Below, in pieces: positions 40,213 through 54,699 of a stretch of 64,000 nt of DNA. The stretch is from positions 29,388,001-29,452,000 of the forward strand of contig NC_043020.1 in assembly GCF_006345805.1 (NCBI RefSeq). The letters run 5' to 3'. A program made the translations under genes and the position numbers. Numbering within the stretch: position 1 is the stretch's first letter; every line of letters begins with the position of its first letter. The notes under the pieces were generated by a model. It worked only from the letters and a program-made list of their open reading frames with translations. It had not been told where the DNA came from and made no database searches. Source of the DNA: Octopus sinensis. Its lineage: Eukaryota.

Positions 40213-41156
40213 AAAACCCTTAAGCCACCAGAAGCGATCTAATCATCCCCTTCTCCAATCTCCTTTCAAACAAAGGATAAGGGTTTCCACTGTACTCAAT
40301 TGATTTAGTTATTAGAGTAATAACAGCCCTTATTTATTAATCCTTTACATTTTATTTACACCACTATTTACCTGTTAAGTTGTGTGGCCTACAGTTGAAC
40401 TCATAAGAAAATGTCGTGGGTTCGGTTCCTGGATCAGCTGGCGTGTTGCGTCTTTGATCAAGGCACGATACTCCAGTCAAACCAGCAGCAAATTTGTACC
40501 AGGGTTCGAACGGCTCTCTCTCTCTTTTCATCCCCGATGTTTTGCTGGGTTAAGGAATAACAGGGACGAAAGGATGTCTATGTCTGCTCGCGATTACACA
40601 GGCTCCTGAAACAATTAGCAAAAGCATGGTACATGCTCCCGGGTCATAAGCGCTTGCAAGTTTCTATTTTATTTAGTTTAGTTTTTATTTTCTAAATCCT
40701 TCTATTTCGATAAATCCTCGATTCCCTTCCATTCAACTTTCTACGCAGAAGGGATCTTTTTATCTTTTATCTGTTCCAGGTATATAAAAGATCCGAAACC
40801 AATCTTTAATACCAACTTACAAGAGCTTCAATTTATTCACCAATCTATATACGCATGCGTATCTTACAGTTATATTATGGTCACTTAACCCCAGGTCAAT
40901 AATAGGCGTGCAAATCTGTGATTAAAATGTCGCAGAAAAAAAAGCCACAAGACGGATTCTTCTATCCGAACCAACTTGTAGGAGACTTGTAGGTAGGCAA
41001 AGAACAGAACGATTGGATAACATCCATAATTTCTGTTGGTCACCCCTGAGTATCTAGCCGGAAAGTCTGATGACAGTTGCTTCTCGTAGGACCCTATGGA
41101 GGAGGTGCCTGTGAACTCGACCCCACAACCTTCCCTGGAACAACGGAAAGAGAAAA

Positions 41157-41248
41157 TGGATGGATGGATGGATGGATGGATGGATGGATGGATGGATGGA
41201 TGGATGGATGGATGGATGAATGGCTGGCTGGATGGATGGATGGATGGA
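41157..41248. repeat. (GGAT)n tetranucleotide repeat
   Basis: Simple repeat. Confidence 0.95.
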
Positions 41249-41946
41249 CATTCAAACTATAACCATCCTGTCTTTTTTTTCTTTCGTAGTGTACATAAAT
41301 ACAATATGATTTCAGGGTAGACTTAGCTGTTGTTTCTTGGAAGTCGAAGTGTTGCTAAGTAAAGTATTCAAACCATTTGTTGTCCGTTCTGATTTATTCG
41401 CATCTCCATATTTTACAATGACCATCACTACCCGTCCAGCAGCCGTCCGTTCGTGTATCTTCTGATTTGGCCAAAACTGAACACCCCAAGACAACGTGAT
41501 TAATAGTTTCTTGGTATTTACTGCAAATAATCTGTATTTACTGTCTCTCACTTGGTTGGTTTATATTTTGAAGATAATTATTTATGGCTAAACTCTGTTC
41601 TTGTCTGGCAATTATACAGCTTCCTAACTCAGCTTTTAAACAACCATTGGTCTTTCGCATTTTACCTCGCTCCTGTCCAGTCTTGCTGCATACTGGACAC
41701 TACAGAGGTTTGTGTTAACACCTAATTTCTACTTTATCTTCCTATTCCAAGTTGCATTTTATTGATTATTTCTTTTGGGGTATTTTTGGCGTATATGTGT
41801 GATTTTTTCCTTACTTTTTCAATTGGTCTGCTGTCCTTACCCCCTGTCCTGACCCTAAATGCCTACCCGTATATATATCTCTAACAACAAAGTACTTTCA
41901 TTCTCCTCGATTATATCACTAATCTCCAAGCTGTCCTTACACCCAG

Positions 41947-41977
<31 letters not shown>

Positions 41978-41979
41978 CC

Positions 41980-42014
<35 letters not shown>

Positions 42015-42109
42015 TTACCTGCCATCCCTACAAACATTGGTGATCATAGAGCTCCATACCAAAGTCCGGAAATTAATTATTCTTCTTGCAAAACCATACT
42101 GTATCTAAG

Positions 42110-43990
42110 AGGGTACGATCTACACACTGCCCATCCGTTTACGTCTGTCCACGGCACGCATCCGGTCAAAATTATACACTGCCTCTACAAGGTTAACATG
42201 TATACACTGAGCAAATCCAGTTATGGTTACACACAACCTACCTGTTAAGATCTATACCCTATCTTTTTGTTAAAATCTATGTATTGTATATACCTAGTTC
42301 AGATTACACGCTGTGTATATCAGGTCAACATCTACACACACCGTGTCAATCCGTTAACATTTGTGCACTGTTAAGATTATTCGATGTCTACAAGTTTTCC
42401 ATCGACACACTATTTGTCTGTTAAAAATCTATACACAGTGTGTATACAGTTAATATTTTATTCTGTGTCTACCAGGTCAGCATCCATACACTGCATCTAT
42501 CCGTTAACATCTGCACACTGTATATATAAATAGTCAATATATACCCAGTTAAGATTAAACAGCGTTTGTACATATTGTCTACCAGGTCAGCATCTATATA
42601 CTGTATCTACCCCGCGTTTAATTAGGCCAACCTCTACACAGTGACTGTTAACATTTAATACACTGTGTCGATCCATTAACTTCTAGACACTGCATCAGTC
42701 CGGTAGTGTGTTAAGACATGGACACACGGAGCAATAACCCGATTCCCTGCGGGTGTAATGGGAGGGCAATGCTAATCCATGCACGTTCTTTGTGTGTTTG
42801 TAGGAGCCCCAGAATGTTATTCTTCCTGATGGCTCGTTCTATTGTCTTTCTTGTCTTGAGACAGCATTCACCCGGGGTGGGTTGAGCTGGCTTCATTCAT
42901 CCTCAATGCTGCATCTCTCACAAACGCCGATTTGAGGCTAACGACCGCGTGATCTCCAACCACTCCTTATTCCTGGTTCTATTGCTATTAAGACAGCTTC
43001 GTTTCTATACACTCAACATCTACACACCATATCTACCCGGTTAATATGCCGGGTCTACATACTCAATATGCCTATCCATTTAACACGTACAACACTCATC
43101 AATTCAGTCAACACCACGGTGTTTATTCAGTCAACACAATTACACACTGAATGTATTCAAATAGCATGTATACACTGTGCCTACATATTCAACATCCCCT
43201 TACATCCATCCAGTTAACATCCACACAATATGTCTACCCACTTACCGTGTACGCTCTAAACATTATTTCTCCACTCAACACATACACATGACCCCGTTAA
43301 TATATATATATACACTCTCTGTCTCTCCGGTTAACACCTACGCAATGTATCTACCCAGCTACTATATATACTTTATCTCTCCGATCAACATCTACACACT
43401 GCGTTTATCCAGTTAACCATATATATACATAAATATATACCTACATATATAATATAAATGCGCCCTTCTAAAGCCTAGCCAGGCTCATGGGCTCGGTTTC
43501 CCGGTTTCTATGGTGTATGTGTTCTCCAGTTTGATGGGACGCCAGTCCATCGCAGAGTTACTCATTTTTGCCAGCTGAGTGGACTGGAGCAACGTGAAAT
43601 GAAGTGTTTTGCTCAATAACACAACGTGTCGCCCGGTCCAGGAATCGAAACCACAATCTTACGATCATGATGCTGACACCCTAACCACTAAGCCACGCGC
43701 CTCCACACACACACAAACACACACACACACACACACATAGTTTTCTTCAGCATACTGTATTTATCCAGCCAATACCTACACAACGATGTATCTACCCGGC
43801 TACTATGTATAGACTATTTCTCCGGTCAATAACAACACCCTGTGTCTACCCAGTAAGCTTATACACTCTTTGTCCACCCAGGAACCTTATATAACAAACT
43901 GAGCTTATCTATTCAGCATCAACGACATATGTTTGTTGTGTCAACACCTGAAGACTGATTAACTAATCAGCGTCTACAGGTAATGGCTGT
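42110..43990. repeat. Degenerate ~27-30-bp minisatellite (AACATCTACACACTGTGTCTACCCRGTT), interrupted by two insertions
   Basis: ACATCTACACAC and TCTACCC.GTTAA recur; interrupted at 42711-42995 and by the SINE at 43462-43704. Confidence 0.8.
43462..43704 (-). mobile_element. CORE-like SINE with alternative tail (CTGCGATGGACTGGCGTCCC...GAAACCGGGAAACCG)
   Basis: Head and core match the 61021 copy; tail matches the 48334 copy. Confidence 0.92.
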
Positions 43991-44441
43991 GTCGGTCGAT
44001 TCGTAGTACATACCAGTCGTACACTGAATGTACATTTTTAATACTATTAGTAATATTTTCTCAGAGCAATTAATGTATTTATAATGATTGTTCAGCTTCC
44101 CAATCCTTGTGAGGAAGGGTCAGTATTTATGAGTTTACCATTATTAATTCCGAATTAGTCACCCTTTGCTGAAGTTACGGAGATATGAGAACTTTTGACT
44201 CAAAAGTCTGACTCTTGCGATTTGGTCAATTCCAATCCTCCACCGTTCGTAAAACCCAATCAATCAAAATCGTCAGACGAATGAGTAAACGTTTGTTCCA
44301 TTCTTGCAGTGGTTTCATTGCAGACCAACTTGATATTTGACTAACTTTGATTAAAGTCTTTTAGCCTTTGGACACCCATTATTGGTGTCTTACACACCAC
44401 ACACACACACACACACACATATACTTATGCAGATATATATG

Positions 44442-44511
<70 letters not shown>

Positions 44512-44521
44512 TATGCATAAC

Positions 44522-44660
44522 TTGTTTTAGTCATTGAACTGCGGCCATGCGTGGGCACAGTTCAAGAAATTAACCCTGTACTTTATTTTTTTTTTAAAGT
44601 CTGGTATATATTCTAGCGATCTCTTTTGCCGAACCGCGACGATCGTCGATTGCCAAAGAG
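44522..44660 (-). mobile_element. Family-C repeat, diverged
   Basis: GTCATTGAACTGCGGCCATGC...TTCTAGCGATCTCTTTTGCCGAACCGC is the reverse complement of the 14458 family. Confidence 0.7.
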
Positions 44661-44828
44661 TGGAAGGTTGATAGACACAGACATAAAGGCACATACACAA
44701 ATATGTATATACACAAATATGTATATACACATACACAAATATGTATATACATATATACAAACATATATGGGTATATTTATGTGTGTGTGTGTGTGTGTGT
44801 GTCTGTATGAATATATACATATATACAC

Positions 44829-44866
<38 letters not shown>

Positions 44867-45164
44867 GATATGTGTATATATATATATATTATATATATAT
44901 ATATATTATATATATATATATATTTCGTTTTGGGATTTTCAAGATTCTTTATATGAGTTCGTGTGTTGAAGCATATTCTGTTGTGTCTGGAGAGAGTCAT
45001 TTTCTTTTTGTGCCTTATAACGGACAGAGTCAAGACTATTGAAAAGGTTGCAAGACGCAACGAAAATTTTAGGAAAATAAAAATAAGAAATAAGTGGAAA
45101 TTTTACCGTTGAGTGTGTTACATTATAAGGCACAAAAAGCGAATGACTCTCCCCAGACACAACA

Positions 45165-45208
<44 letters not shown>

Positions 45209-45472
45209 TATATACACATATACAGTCAAAAAATCCTAGCTATTCCTTCTATTTCTAAACTTCGGTATGTGGTGAAGCAACTATTTGCTGAACCCTAATT
45301 ATAAAGTATTACTTAAGCTTACCATGAAATGGTCTTTTTCATGCCGAATTCTACTTGGTGAAATTACTGATTACTTCTTAATTAATTAATTTTACCCTTT
45401 CTTATTATACACATATACATATATATGTATATATATATGTATATGTAAATATATGTATGTATATATAATATA

Positions 45473-45517
<45 letters not shown>

Positions 45518-45524
45518 ATAATAT

Positions 45525-45559
<35 letters not shown>

Positions 45560-45673
45560 GCTCGAAACCTTAAGCTCTCTCCTTTTACCGAGCGTCAACA
45601 TACACTTATTGTGCACGTCCTCACGTTCTTTTTCGTTTTTTATTCGTTTATTTGAATTGGTTGTATTTGAATT

Positions 45674-45745
<72 letters not shown>

Positions 45746-46759
45746 GATTTCAGCATATTTTAACTCGTATTTTAACTCTGTGTATATCAAAAGAAAAAGC
45801 TACAAGCAAAACACAACACAATGAAAACAGATGAACATATCGAAAGAACCAGAAAATTCCGACGGATATCGATTCTATTCATCGGAACAAAGCCTCATCG
45901 GAGGAGAGAATAAGATGTACTGCGTAACGTCCTTGTTTGCTGAAGATAATTAATAATGTAAAAAATGAGAGTGAAATGGCCGCAGCCTGTAATTGAAACC
46001 GCTTCTGTTGGGTTTCTCTCTCTTGACTTGAACTCGGTCTCTTACCGTTCGGAGCCAACGCAAACACGCAGACGACGTCAAAGCTCGAAGTCACATTGCC
46101 TCAAGTTGTGGGAGGTTCGGCGTGTTTGTGAAAAACATATTTACATAGTTGGGTAATATTTAATAACAAAGTAATTAATAGAATTAATTCATTTATTCGC
46201 TTGCAATGTGTTGAATTTAAGAATGAAGTGGCTAAAAATACATCCGTTCAGCTTCAGAGCAAATGTTTGCGCAGCCGCCACGCCAACTCATTCATTCTCC
46301 TACATATACAAACGTAGTTTATTTTCTCTATAAATACGTATGAATGGATGGATGGATGTATGCATGGATTAATGACAGATAGATGGATTTATATATGTAT
46401 ATATGTATGAGTACATAAGTGCGCATGTGTGTATATATGCATATGTATGTGTGTATGTATATATGTATATATGTATATATATATATATTTATATACATAT
46501 ATACACCATCACACCACACAACACTACACCATACCACACAACACACCACCACGCACACATCCCCACATTTTCGCACCTACACATATACACACGCACAAGT
46601 CATGATCACCAACCCTCTTTCACACGCACATGCGAACTCTCTTATTCACACGCGCACCTTCGTTTTGGGATTACTACTACTTTGTTATCTCTCCTACTTC
46701 TTAGCTCTCCTGTGTGACCCTTCTGTCCGGCATTCGCCATGATAGATCGCTAGCCACTA

Positions 46760-47025
<266 letters not shown>

Positions 47026-47159
47026 TGATATCTTTGTAAGAAAATATAAACGGACAGTCACGGCTGGAATGCTTTTGACAATAGATCTTATTGAACGTAG
47101 TTGACCTAGAATTGTTCAACAACAAACATCAAAGACAATCCCAGACAAGTAATATTTGT

Positions 47160-47835
47160 TGTTAACTGAGCTCTCGCGATACAGACTGCCTCACCCGATT
47201 GAGACGGGATGGTCACGGCTAGAGTAACTAGGCAGTGCACATGCAGAAGAATAGCCAACACAAGCTGCAATTTGTAATTTACTGGACTCTCTCTTCGCGG
47301 ACTGACTCAACTGAGACGGGATGGTCATTATTGAACCAACAAGGGTAGTGTGCATACATAGAAATAGCCAACACAAACAGTAATTTATTGTTAGACCGAT
47401 TTACTCAACTAAGACAGGATGGTCACGAGTGGCACGCTTGCGCAGTGTGCGTACGTAAAGATAATCAACGCAGGCTAGCTCAGTCAGTAGAACATAAGAC
47501 TTTTATGGCTACTCTAATAAGTAATTTCAGGGTCGGGGGTTCAAGTCCTTCCGCGGGCGTACGTCCAGTAATTTACAGTTAATTAACCTCTCTTTACATA
47601 GGTTCACCCAGTTAAGACGAGATGGTCACGGGTGGGGCCTCAACAACAGTGAGCATACATAAAGATGGCCAACGCAAGCAGTAATTTGTTGTAGTTAACT
47701 AATCTTTCTCTCCGCGGACTGACTCACTCAATTAAGACGGGATAGTCACGACTGGAGCAACAAGGGCGGATGTGAGCATGCAGTAATTTGTAGTTAAATA
47801 AACCTTTCTCTCCACGGACTGACTCACTCAATTAA
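47160..47835. repeat. ~100-120-bp tandem repeat, 5 units, core GAGACGGGATGGTCACG
   Basis: Core at 47201, 47313, 47411, 47614 and 47734; the core equals part of the family-D repeat copy at 47048-47125. Confidence 0.88.
47469..47559 (+). pseudogene. tRNA-Lys(TTT) pseudogene with an 18-nt intron (47506-47523)
   Basis: TAGCTCAGTCAGTAGAAC A TAAGA CTTTTA[TGGCTACTCTAATAAGTA]A TTTCA GGGTC GGGGG TTCAAGT CCTTC CGCGGGC G. Intron lies at the canonical 37/38 site; the 5' acceptor strand does not pair. Confidence 0.82.
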
Positions 47836-48333
47836 ATAATAACCCACAACAATTGACTGAGATGCTTTTGTTTATTATTTGTTTTTAATGCACTTCTTTT
47901 TCCCTTTCCTGGCTTTTTTGTTTGTTTGTTTTACAAGTATTTAATATTAGGTGGGAGTTTCTTTTTATGTTGTCATTAGAAGTTCTCATTAAAAACTCTA
48001 TGACGTAAGAGAGAGATAGGAAAGACGTTATATAATCATGCTGTACCATCGATTCTGTCTTTGGCCGTAGCATCATTGATTTAACGTGTGAAGCGCTGAA
48101 TTCACCCACACAAACATACACACGCTCTCTTACGCGCACATACACACAGAAATACAGGCTCACTACACACATAAATCTCTGTTACTCTTTCCTGCCTCTT
48201 TCTCTCTATCCCTAGCAAAATATGTGATCTGGCACCAGGCAGTATGACACAAAGTTAAACCCAGAACGCTGGGGAACTGGTGATGGCTTGAGTCGGCAAC
48301 TTCAAATCAGTTCATATGAAATACATAAAAAGT

Positions 48334-48616
48334 GGAGGCATATGACCTAATGTTTAGAGCAGTGGACTCGCGGTCGAGAGATCGCGAATTCGAATCTCAG
48401 ACCGGACGATGTGTGTGTTTATGAGAGAAAACACCTAAGCTCCACGCGGCTCCGACAGAAGATAATGGCGAAAGTTCTGCTGACGCGTTCGCCACAACTT
48501 TCTCTCACTCTTTCCTCCTGCATCTTGCAGCCCACCTGCGATGGACCGGCGTCCCGTCTAGGCGGGGAACCTATACGCCAAGAAACCGGGAAACCGGCCC
48601 TTATGAACCAGGCTTA
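48334..48616 (+). mobile_element. tRNA(Arg-like, GACTCGCG)-derived SINE
   Basis: Head shared with the 52511 copy; tail CCTGCGATGGACCGGCGTCCCGTC...GAAACCGGGAAACCGG shared with the 43462 copy. Confidence 0.85.
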
Positions 48617-48778
48617 GGAAATGGTAAAAGCTGTTTCGGGTTTTTTGTTTTGTTTTTAGAATGGTAGTGATGTAGAGAAAGAGAAAAAAAACTGGAACTA
48701 GGAAGAATGTTGTAGTTCGCTTGAAGCATTGTAGCACACCAGTAGGATAATAAAGGAAAAGAGAAACAAAAAAGGGCT

Positions 48779-48862
48779 TTACTCAAAATCACAACGCACC
48801 ACCTGCTCTAGGAATTGAAACCACGATCTCGCGAGTGTGAGCGCAACACCCTAACCACTAAG
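48779..48862 (-). mobile_element. CORE-like SINE head
   Basis: GGAATTGAAACCACGATCTCGCGAGTGTGAGCGCAACACCCTAACCACTAAG. Confidence 0.75.
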
Positions 48863-49574
48863 TTAAATATGTGTGTGTGTGTGTGTATTGTTCTTAGCTG
48901 TGGTTGCATTTCTGTAGCGAAGACCTACGAACTCTTATGGTTGACTGTGGTTTGTAAGTGAAACATGGACGTGGATTTAGCGTCACCGTAAGATAAGCCA
49001 TCTCTGCTCTGAAGAAAATGTAGTTTGTTGTTGTTGCTGTTGTTGTTGTTGTTTTTGTTACTGTTGTTATTGTTTTACTGCTGTTTAGCCCCAGGTCAGC
49101 GTTGATCAAACAGACCTTATATCAAATACATATGTTATGTCTTATTTTTTTGCTTGTTTGCTTTTTTTTCAGGCATAGTGTATAAGCGATTAGATACATT
49201 ATCTCATACACACTTTCCTCTTTCTAAAGATGTTATGGTATAATTTGAGGGATATTTGGCTGCTATTTCTAGAAGGTTATACGACCTCGTCGGATCTGAA
49301 AAAAAAAAAATAAGTAACCGTAGGAGCAGATATAGAAGAGTCCATTATTTCAGCATCGTGTTAAATATGTTGCGTTGAATCAAGTATATGTTTACTTAAG
49401 AATAGTGGTGGATCTCCGTCGTAAGACGATGAAGGCCCATTTATTAGATCAACCCAATAACCTGTTTCTGAATAAATGTACATGTGGCAGACTAAACTCA
49501 AGATACTTAATTCTGGGGTTGAATGATTGTGATCATAGAGTGTGACAAGGCCGTACCTCTTCAATTACAGATGA

Positions 49575-49730
49575 TTCAATTCGAAGGGCTTCTTTACAGT
49601 TTTCGCCTGTCCAGTTTCACCCACAGGGTTGTAGAAGATGACATGTGCCTGAGATGCCACGCAGGTGGATCGAACTCGAAGCCCCGTAGTTGTGAAACAA
49701 ACTTTTTAATCATTTAGCCATACTGCGCCT
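49575..49730 (-). mobile_element. Further tRNA-derived SINE fragment
   Basis: GTAGAAGATGACATGTGCCTGAGATGCCACGCAGGTGGATCGAACTCG...TTAGCCATACTGCGCCT; B box on the minus strand. Confidence 0.55.
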
Positions 49731-50610
49731 AAATTTCAATAGGAATACCCGCTCTACTAAATGGTTAAAGTTGACATTATTAAATCAATTTAAATCTTTA
49801 CAATTCGTATATAATACAAACCTGCTAATAAGAGAAAATAATGCAAAATATAGCATTTGGTTTTTTTTATTGTTTGTCATGGTTTGATACACCTACAAAT
49901 TTACATTCGAAAATCGAATTAATAAACGCCTGGCCAGCTCCATAGATTCCTTATGACCCAGGGATTGAAGAAGTCGAAGCAGCGGAAAATGCAGTAGGTT
50001 GCATTTTGTTCGGATGCCTCACTCTCTGGATATATATGGGAGGAGGCCTTTTTAGTGGAAAGAAGAAAAAACATTTTCTTTTGAAAAATTCTTCAGAAGA
50101 AAAGGTGATTTAGGGAAGATTTGGCATTTGTTTCTGGCGCGTCCTGCGGCCGCCTGCTACCTTACTTGTTTCTCCTCGGCACCATGGGAGTCTGCCGTAG
50201 TCTGTCTGTGCCTGTTGCTTTCTTTTTAAATGGTAAAAACTTGACAGTTTCTCAGCGGGATCCACAAGGTCCTCATGGCTGGGAAGAGACTGTCTCCAAT
50301 CATCGCTCCACGTGTCCTTAGCACTGAAGCATTCGTTTACGGATTTAAAGAAAAAATTTTGCTTTTTCTTTCCTTTTAACCACTATTGAATACCTAGAAA
50401 TGGTTGAGACGGCAGAGGGTCGGACAAATGCTTTGCAGTATTTCTTCCGGTTCTTTGCTCTCCGATTTCAAATCCCATTGGTTTCAACTGAAGGTTTCGT
50501 CGTTTCGTATTCAATAAGTCTCAGGGAAGCACTGCTCGTTGGTAACGACTAACCTTCTCCCTCCAAATTTACTGGCCCCTTCGTCCTTAAAACAGAAAAC
50601 ATTCTTAAAG

Positions 50611-50770
50611 AGCGATGGATTGGCAGAATCGTGGGAACGTTTAAAAAAATGTGCCATATAGCATTTTATGCGACCCTTTACACTGAGTTCAAATACTGCC
50701 GAAGTCAACTTTGCCTTTCATCCCACCAGGGTCGATAAAATAAAGTACAAAGTACTTGTCAAGTATTGAG
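50611..50770 (+). mobile_element. Family-B SINE
   Basis: TGGCAGAATCG A box, GAGTTCAAAT B box, CAACTTTGCCTTTCATCCCACCAGGGTCGATAAAATAAAGTAC domain. Confidence 0.85.
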
Positions 50771-50811
50771 GACGATGGTACTACTGCCACTACTACTACT
50801 ATACTACTGCC

Positions 50812-50845
<34 letters not shown>

Positions 50846-51429
50846 ATACTACTACTACCACTACTACTACTAGAAATTATGCTATCAACTTCGGTGAGCC
50901 ACACCATTTCAACTTCTTTTGCCCGACGTGATTTCCAACCCCTTATAATCCCACGTTTCTTCCCCTTCTCTTAGAAGACTGTCAATCACATTTATTCACG
51001 TGATTTGCCCCGTTTTTGAATTATAGACTCGCCTGGTATCAGAATAACTTGAGAGAAGGACGATTCTGACCGATTCTGGTGTAAGTTCTTATCCCATTCT
51101 TCACTGTTGTGATTTATTGTCAAAAGCACCGAGGTTACCAAATTTTTTTTGTCCTTTATTCCACTAACCCATCAAATAAATTTCTTACCATTCTATACAT
51201 TTCCTTTATTTATTTAAATGTTGAACTGGTCTTTTCTACTTTTCATCCTTTTAGTTTAAATCTTTTATATCAACCTATTTCTGATTAACACAGACAGACA
51301 CACACACACATACGTATACACACACACATATATATATATATATTCATATATATACAAACATATATATATATATATGTACGTACTTACACCCACACACATA
51401 CATATATATGTATATAAATATATGCATGC

Positions 51430-51462
<33 letters not shown>

Positions 51463-51704
51463 ATTAAAACGTTTGGTAGTATACAGAACAGTATATTGGT
51501 AATAATAATATTAGTAAAAGCAAATGAAGGACTTGTTCCTACATGAATAGGGAGTACATCTTCAAATATACCATGGAAATGAAACTAAATGGCATGAAAT
51601 AAAACAAAATAAAATAAATTGGAATATTATTAACGTTATCAAATTTAAAAATTGTAAATATTTTACCGAATTTTACTTTTATTATCACCAATATACATAC
51701 ATAC

Positions 51705-51820
<116 letters not shown>

Positions 51821-52451
51821 ATATTCTTTTGTTGCATTGCCACATAGATTCTCATATTATATATTTTCGTATGTGTGTAGTTCTCTAGACGGTTTGCGTA
51901 GTCTTTCCTGCACAAGATGCACACTTTTAGGTGCACTTAACTGTATGTGTAGTCGTCTGTTCTGTCTTTCTTTACGATTTCGTTGTCCGTTGGTAATGTT
52001 TTAAAATGATTACATTAACGTGAATAACCGAAACAGTTTTGTCTGGTTAATATTATCATAAAAAATAACCAAGCCATAAGATCTCTTCAGACAATAACTT
52101 AATCCCCCATTTCAAAATAAAAATCTTCGAAATAAAAAAAAGGAATTATTCTTAAAACTGAAAGCTGGATTTTTTTTTTTTTTATTAGACTCTTGCGATC
52201 TTTGATGAGAATTTAAATGTTGCTCTGATAGCTACAAACACCTTGGTGACTTACTTGGTTAAGAGCTCAGTGTCTAACCTATACATGCTTCGCTGTGCTG
52301 AAGAAAGTCAATGTACGATCGCTTCTCTTGTTTTGCTATTCGGTCAATCTCACTGAGCAAACAGTTTGCCTCAGTCTAATAAAAAAAAATACATCCTCAT
52401 GAAATCCTCCTCACGAAATCACTTCTCTCTTTCCTTCTCTTTCTCTCTCTC

Positions 52452-52489
<38 letters not shown>

Positions 52490-52510
52490 TAATGATACTG
52501 CAACAGCAGT

Positions 52511-52872
52511 TGAGGCGCAATGGCCCAGTGGTTATGGCAGCAGACTCGCAGTCGGAAGATCGCGGTTTCGATTCCCAGACCGGGCGTTGTGTGTGTTTAT
52601 TGAGGAAACACCTAAAGCTCCACGAAGCTCCGGCAGGGGGTGGTGGCGACCCCTGTTGTACTCTTTCGCTCCAACTTTCTCTCACTCTTTTTTCCTGTTT
52701 CTTATCCTCGACTTCCTACGCAACCGCTGAGCCTGGATGCGCATTCATCCATCCGTCGATGCTCTCGGTGTCGGGGGTCGACCTGCTTTCTCTTCTGCGG
52801 GTCTTACGAATAGCAAAGGACCACGTTTCGGACTTCTTCCATCTTGCGAGCTCTAGGACGAAGACCGTTCGC
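52511..52872 (+). mobile_element. tRNA(Arg-like)-derived SINE head fused to the GC-rich repeat also present at 29649
   Basis: GAGGCGCAATGGCCCAGTGG...GGTTTCGATTCC head, then the shared ~140-bp block from 52689. Confidence 0.8.
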
Positions 52873-53235
52873 TCAACAGCAACAGCAACACACTGCCGCG
52901 CAGCGTTGTAAAAGTTTTGATTTAATGTAATATGACAGGAATCTGGTAAAATAGTTGAGGGTCTTTCGAAAGAGAGAAACATTGGAAAATATAAAAAGAA
53001 CACAAATAAAAAAAATCAAAAGAAAATTTAGTAAAATGTCCGAAAAATTCAAAGACCTTAAGACGTACAACAAAGGCCGACGTTTCTGGCTTTTGCTGGT
53101 CAGTAAAGAATAGAAACCTACCTAAATATATTTATAATAGTTATGAAAACCAAATCTGATATCATTTATCAATTAGAACTTTACTCATTTACTGTTAACT
53201 AACTGCAAATTCTTTTCACGGTCAACTATTTTTTA

Positions 53236-53267
<32 letters not shown>

Positions 53268-53723
53268 TTGTTAGTAATTAGTTTGGTTCAGCGTTAAAAT
53301 GAGTTTATCATTTTAATGAGTTTATCATTGAAGGTTTACTGCAAACGGTTAAATAGCATCCCTTATGTTTCATAACATTTGGACAAGCATCTCTCTCTTT
53401 CTCTCTGTCTCTCAGTCAGTCTGTCTCTCTCTTTCTCTTTCTCTCTCTCTCACACACACATTCTTTCTCACTCAATCTCTCTGCATCTATATTTCTATTT
53501 ATCCAGCTTGCTATCGATCTATATATCTATCTATCTGTCTGTTTTATTCCTCTAACTCTACTCTTTCTAACGAAGAGAGACTGAAAGCATGTCGTAAACA
53601 AACCGTTTTTCACTTTATAAACGTATTCCCTTCTCTATTTCTGTCGTCCATTCTACTTGTATGCCAGGGTCACTTTCTCGTTATACACTGCCCTCGCAGA
53701 AGCTCATACACATCATACACAAC

Positions 53724-53770
<47 letters not shown>

Positions 53771-53946
53771 ACAAGGCGCCCATATGTAAAATCATACTCT
53801 ATCATAGTACATACATGTGTGAATGCATGTATGGGTATACATGTCTGAGTAAACGTGTATACTCGTGTATCTGTGCATGTGTATGTGTGTGTGTTTGTGT
53901 CTGTGTGTTTGTGTGTGTGTGTGTGTGTGTGCCAGTGTCTGAGTGT

Positions 53947-53995
<49 letters not shown>

Positions 53996-54699
53996 GTTAG
54001 CAACTGTGTAAATACTGATAGCATAAGATTGATGAAAGCATTCACACACAATGACACACACACATATATATGCGCACACACAAGCTCGCACGCACACATA
54101 AACGTCTGCACGCACACAGGCACTATCACATACGCATAATCGTACACACACGTCATACACGATCCCTCACACGCACACACACATATTTGCTCTGACGAAG
54201 CCATACGCACACAAGCAAGAACAAGGACGACCAGTCGCTCACACACATACACCAATACACCTACACACACACACACATTCATACATATATGCATGCACAC
54301 ACTCTCTTTCTCTGACACACACACACACTCACATATCCCCACACTCATTCCTTCTTCTACACACCCACCCACAGACGCACCTGCCGATTACCTGTATGCA
54401 TATATGTATGTGCATACATGTGTAGTGTATACTGTATGCATGTGTATATGTGCATGTGTATATGTGCATGTGAATATTGTGCAAAGATGGTCGGATGTGT
54501 TGGGGTTTAAAAGAACACATCCTCAGCATGTTGGTGTAGATTAGTAAAGGAATATTCCAGGTATGAGTTAGAGGAGTATTCCTGTCGATATGAGAAACCA
54601 AAGAGACAAACGTGTCGTTGCTATTATGCAAAAGTGTCGTAAGTCCAAAACGTTGCTTTTCCAGAAAACGAAAAAATAGTCTCAACCATTGCATAGCAA

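Noticed and set aside
53080-53110. Hammerhead-like CTGACCA...GAAACGTC on the minus strand (and CTGACTA...GAAACACGTA at ~59960-60010)
   Set aside because: Core mutated and stems I/II do not form.
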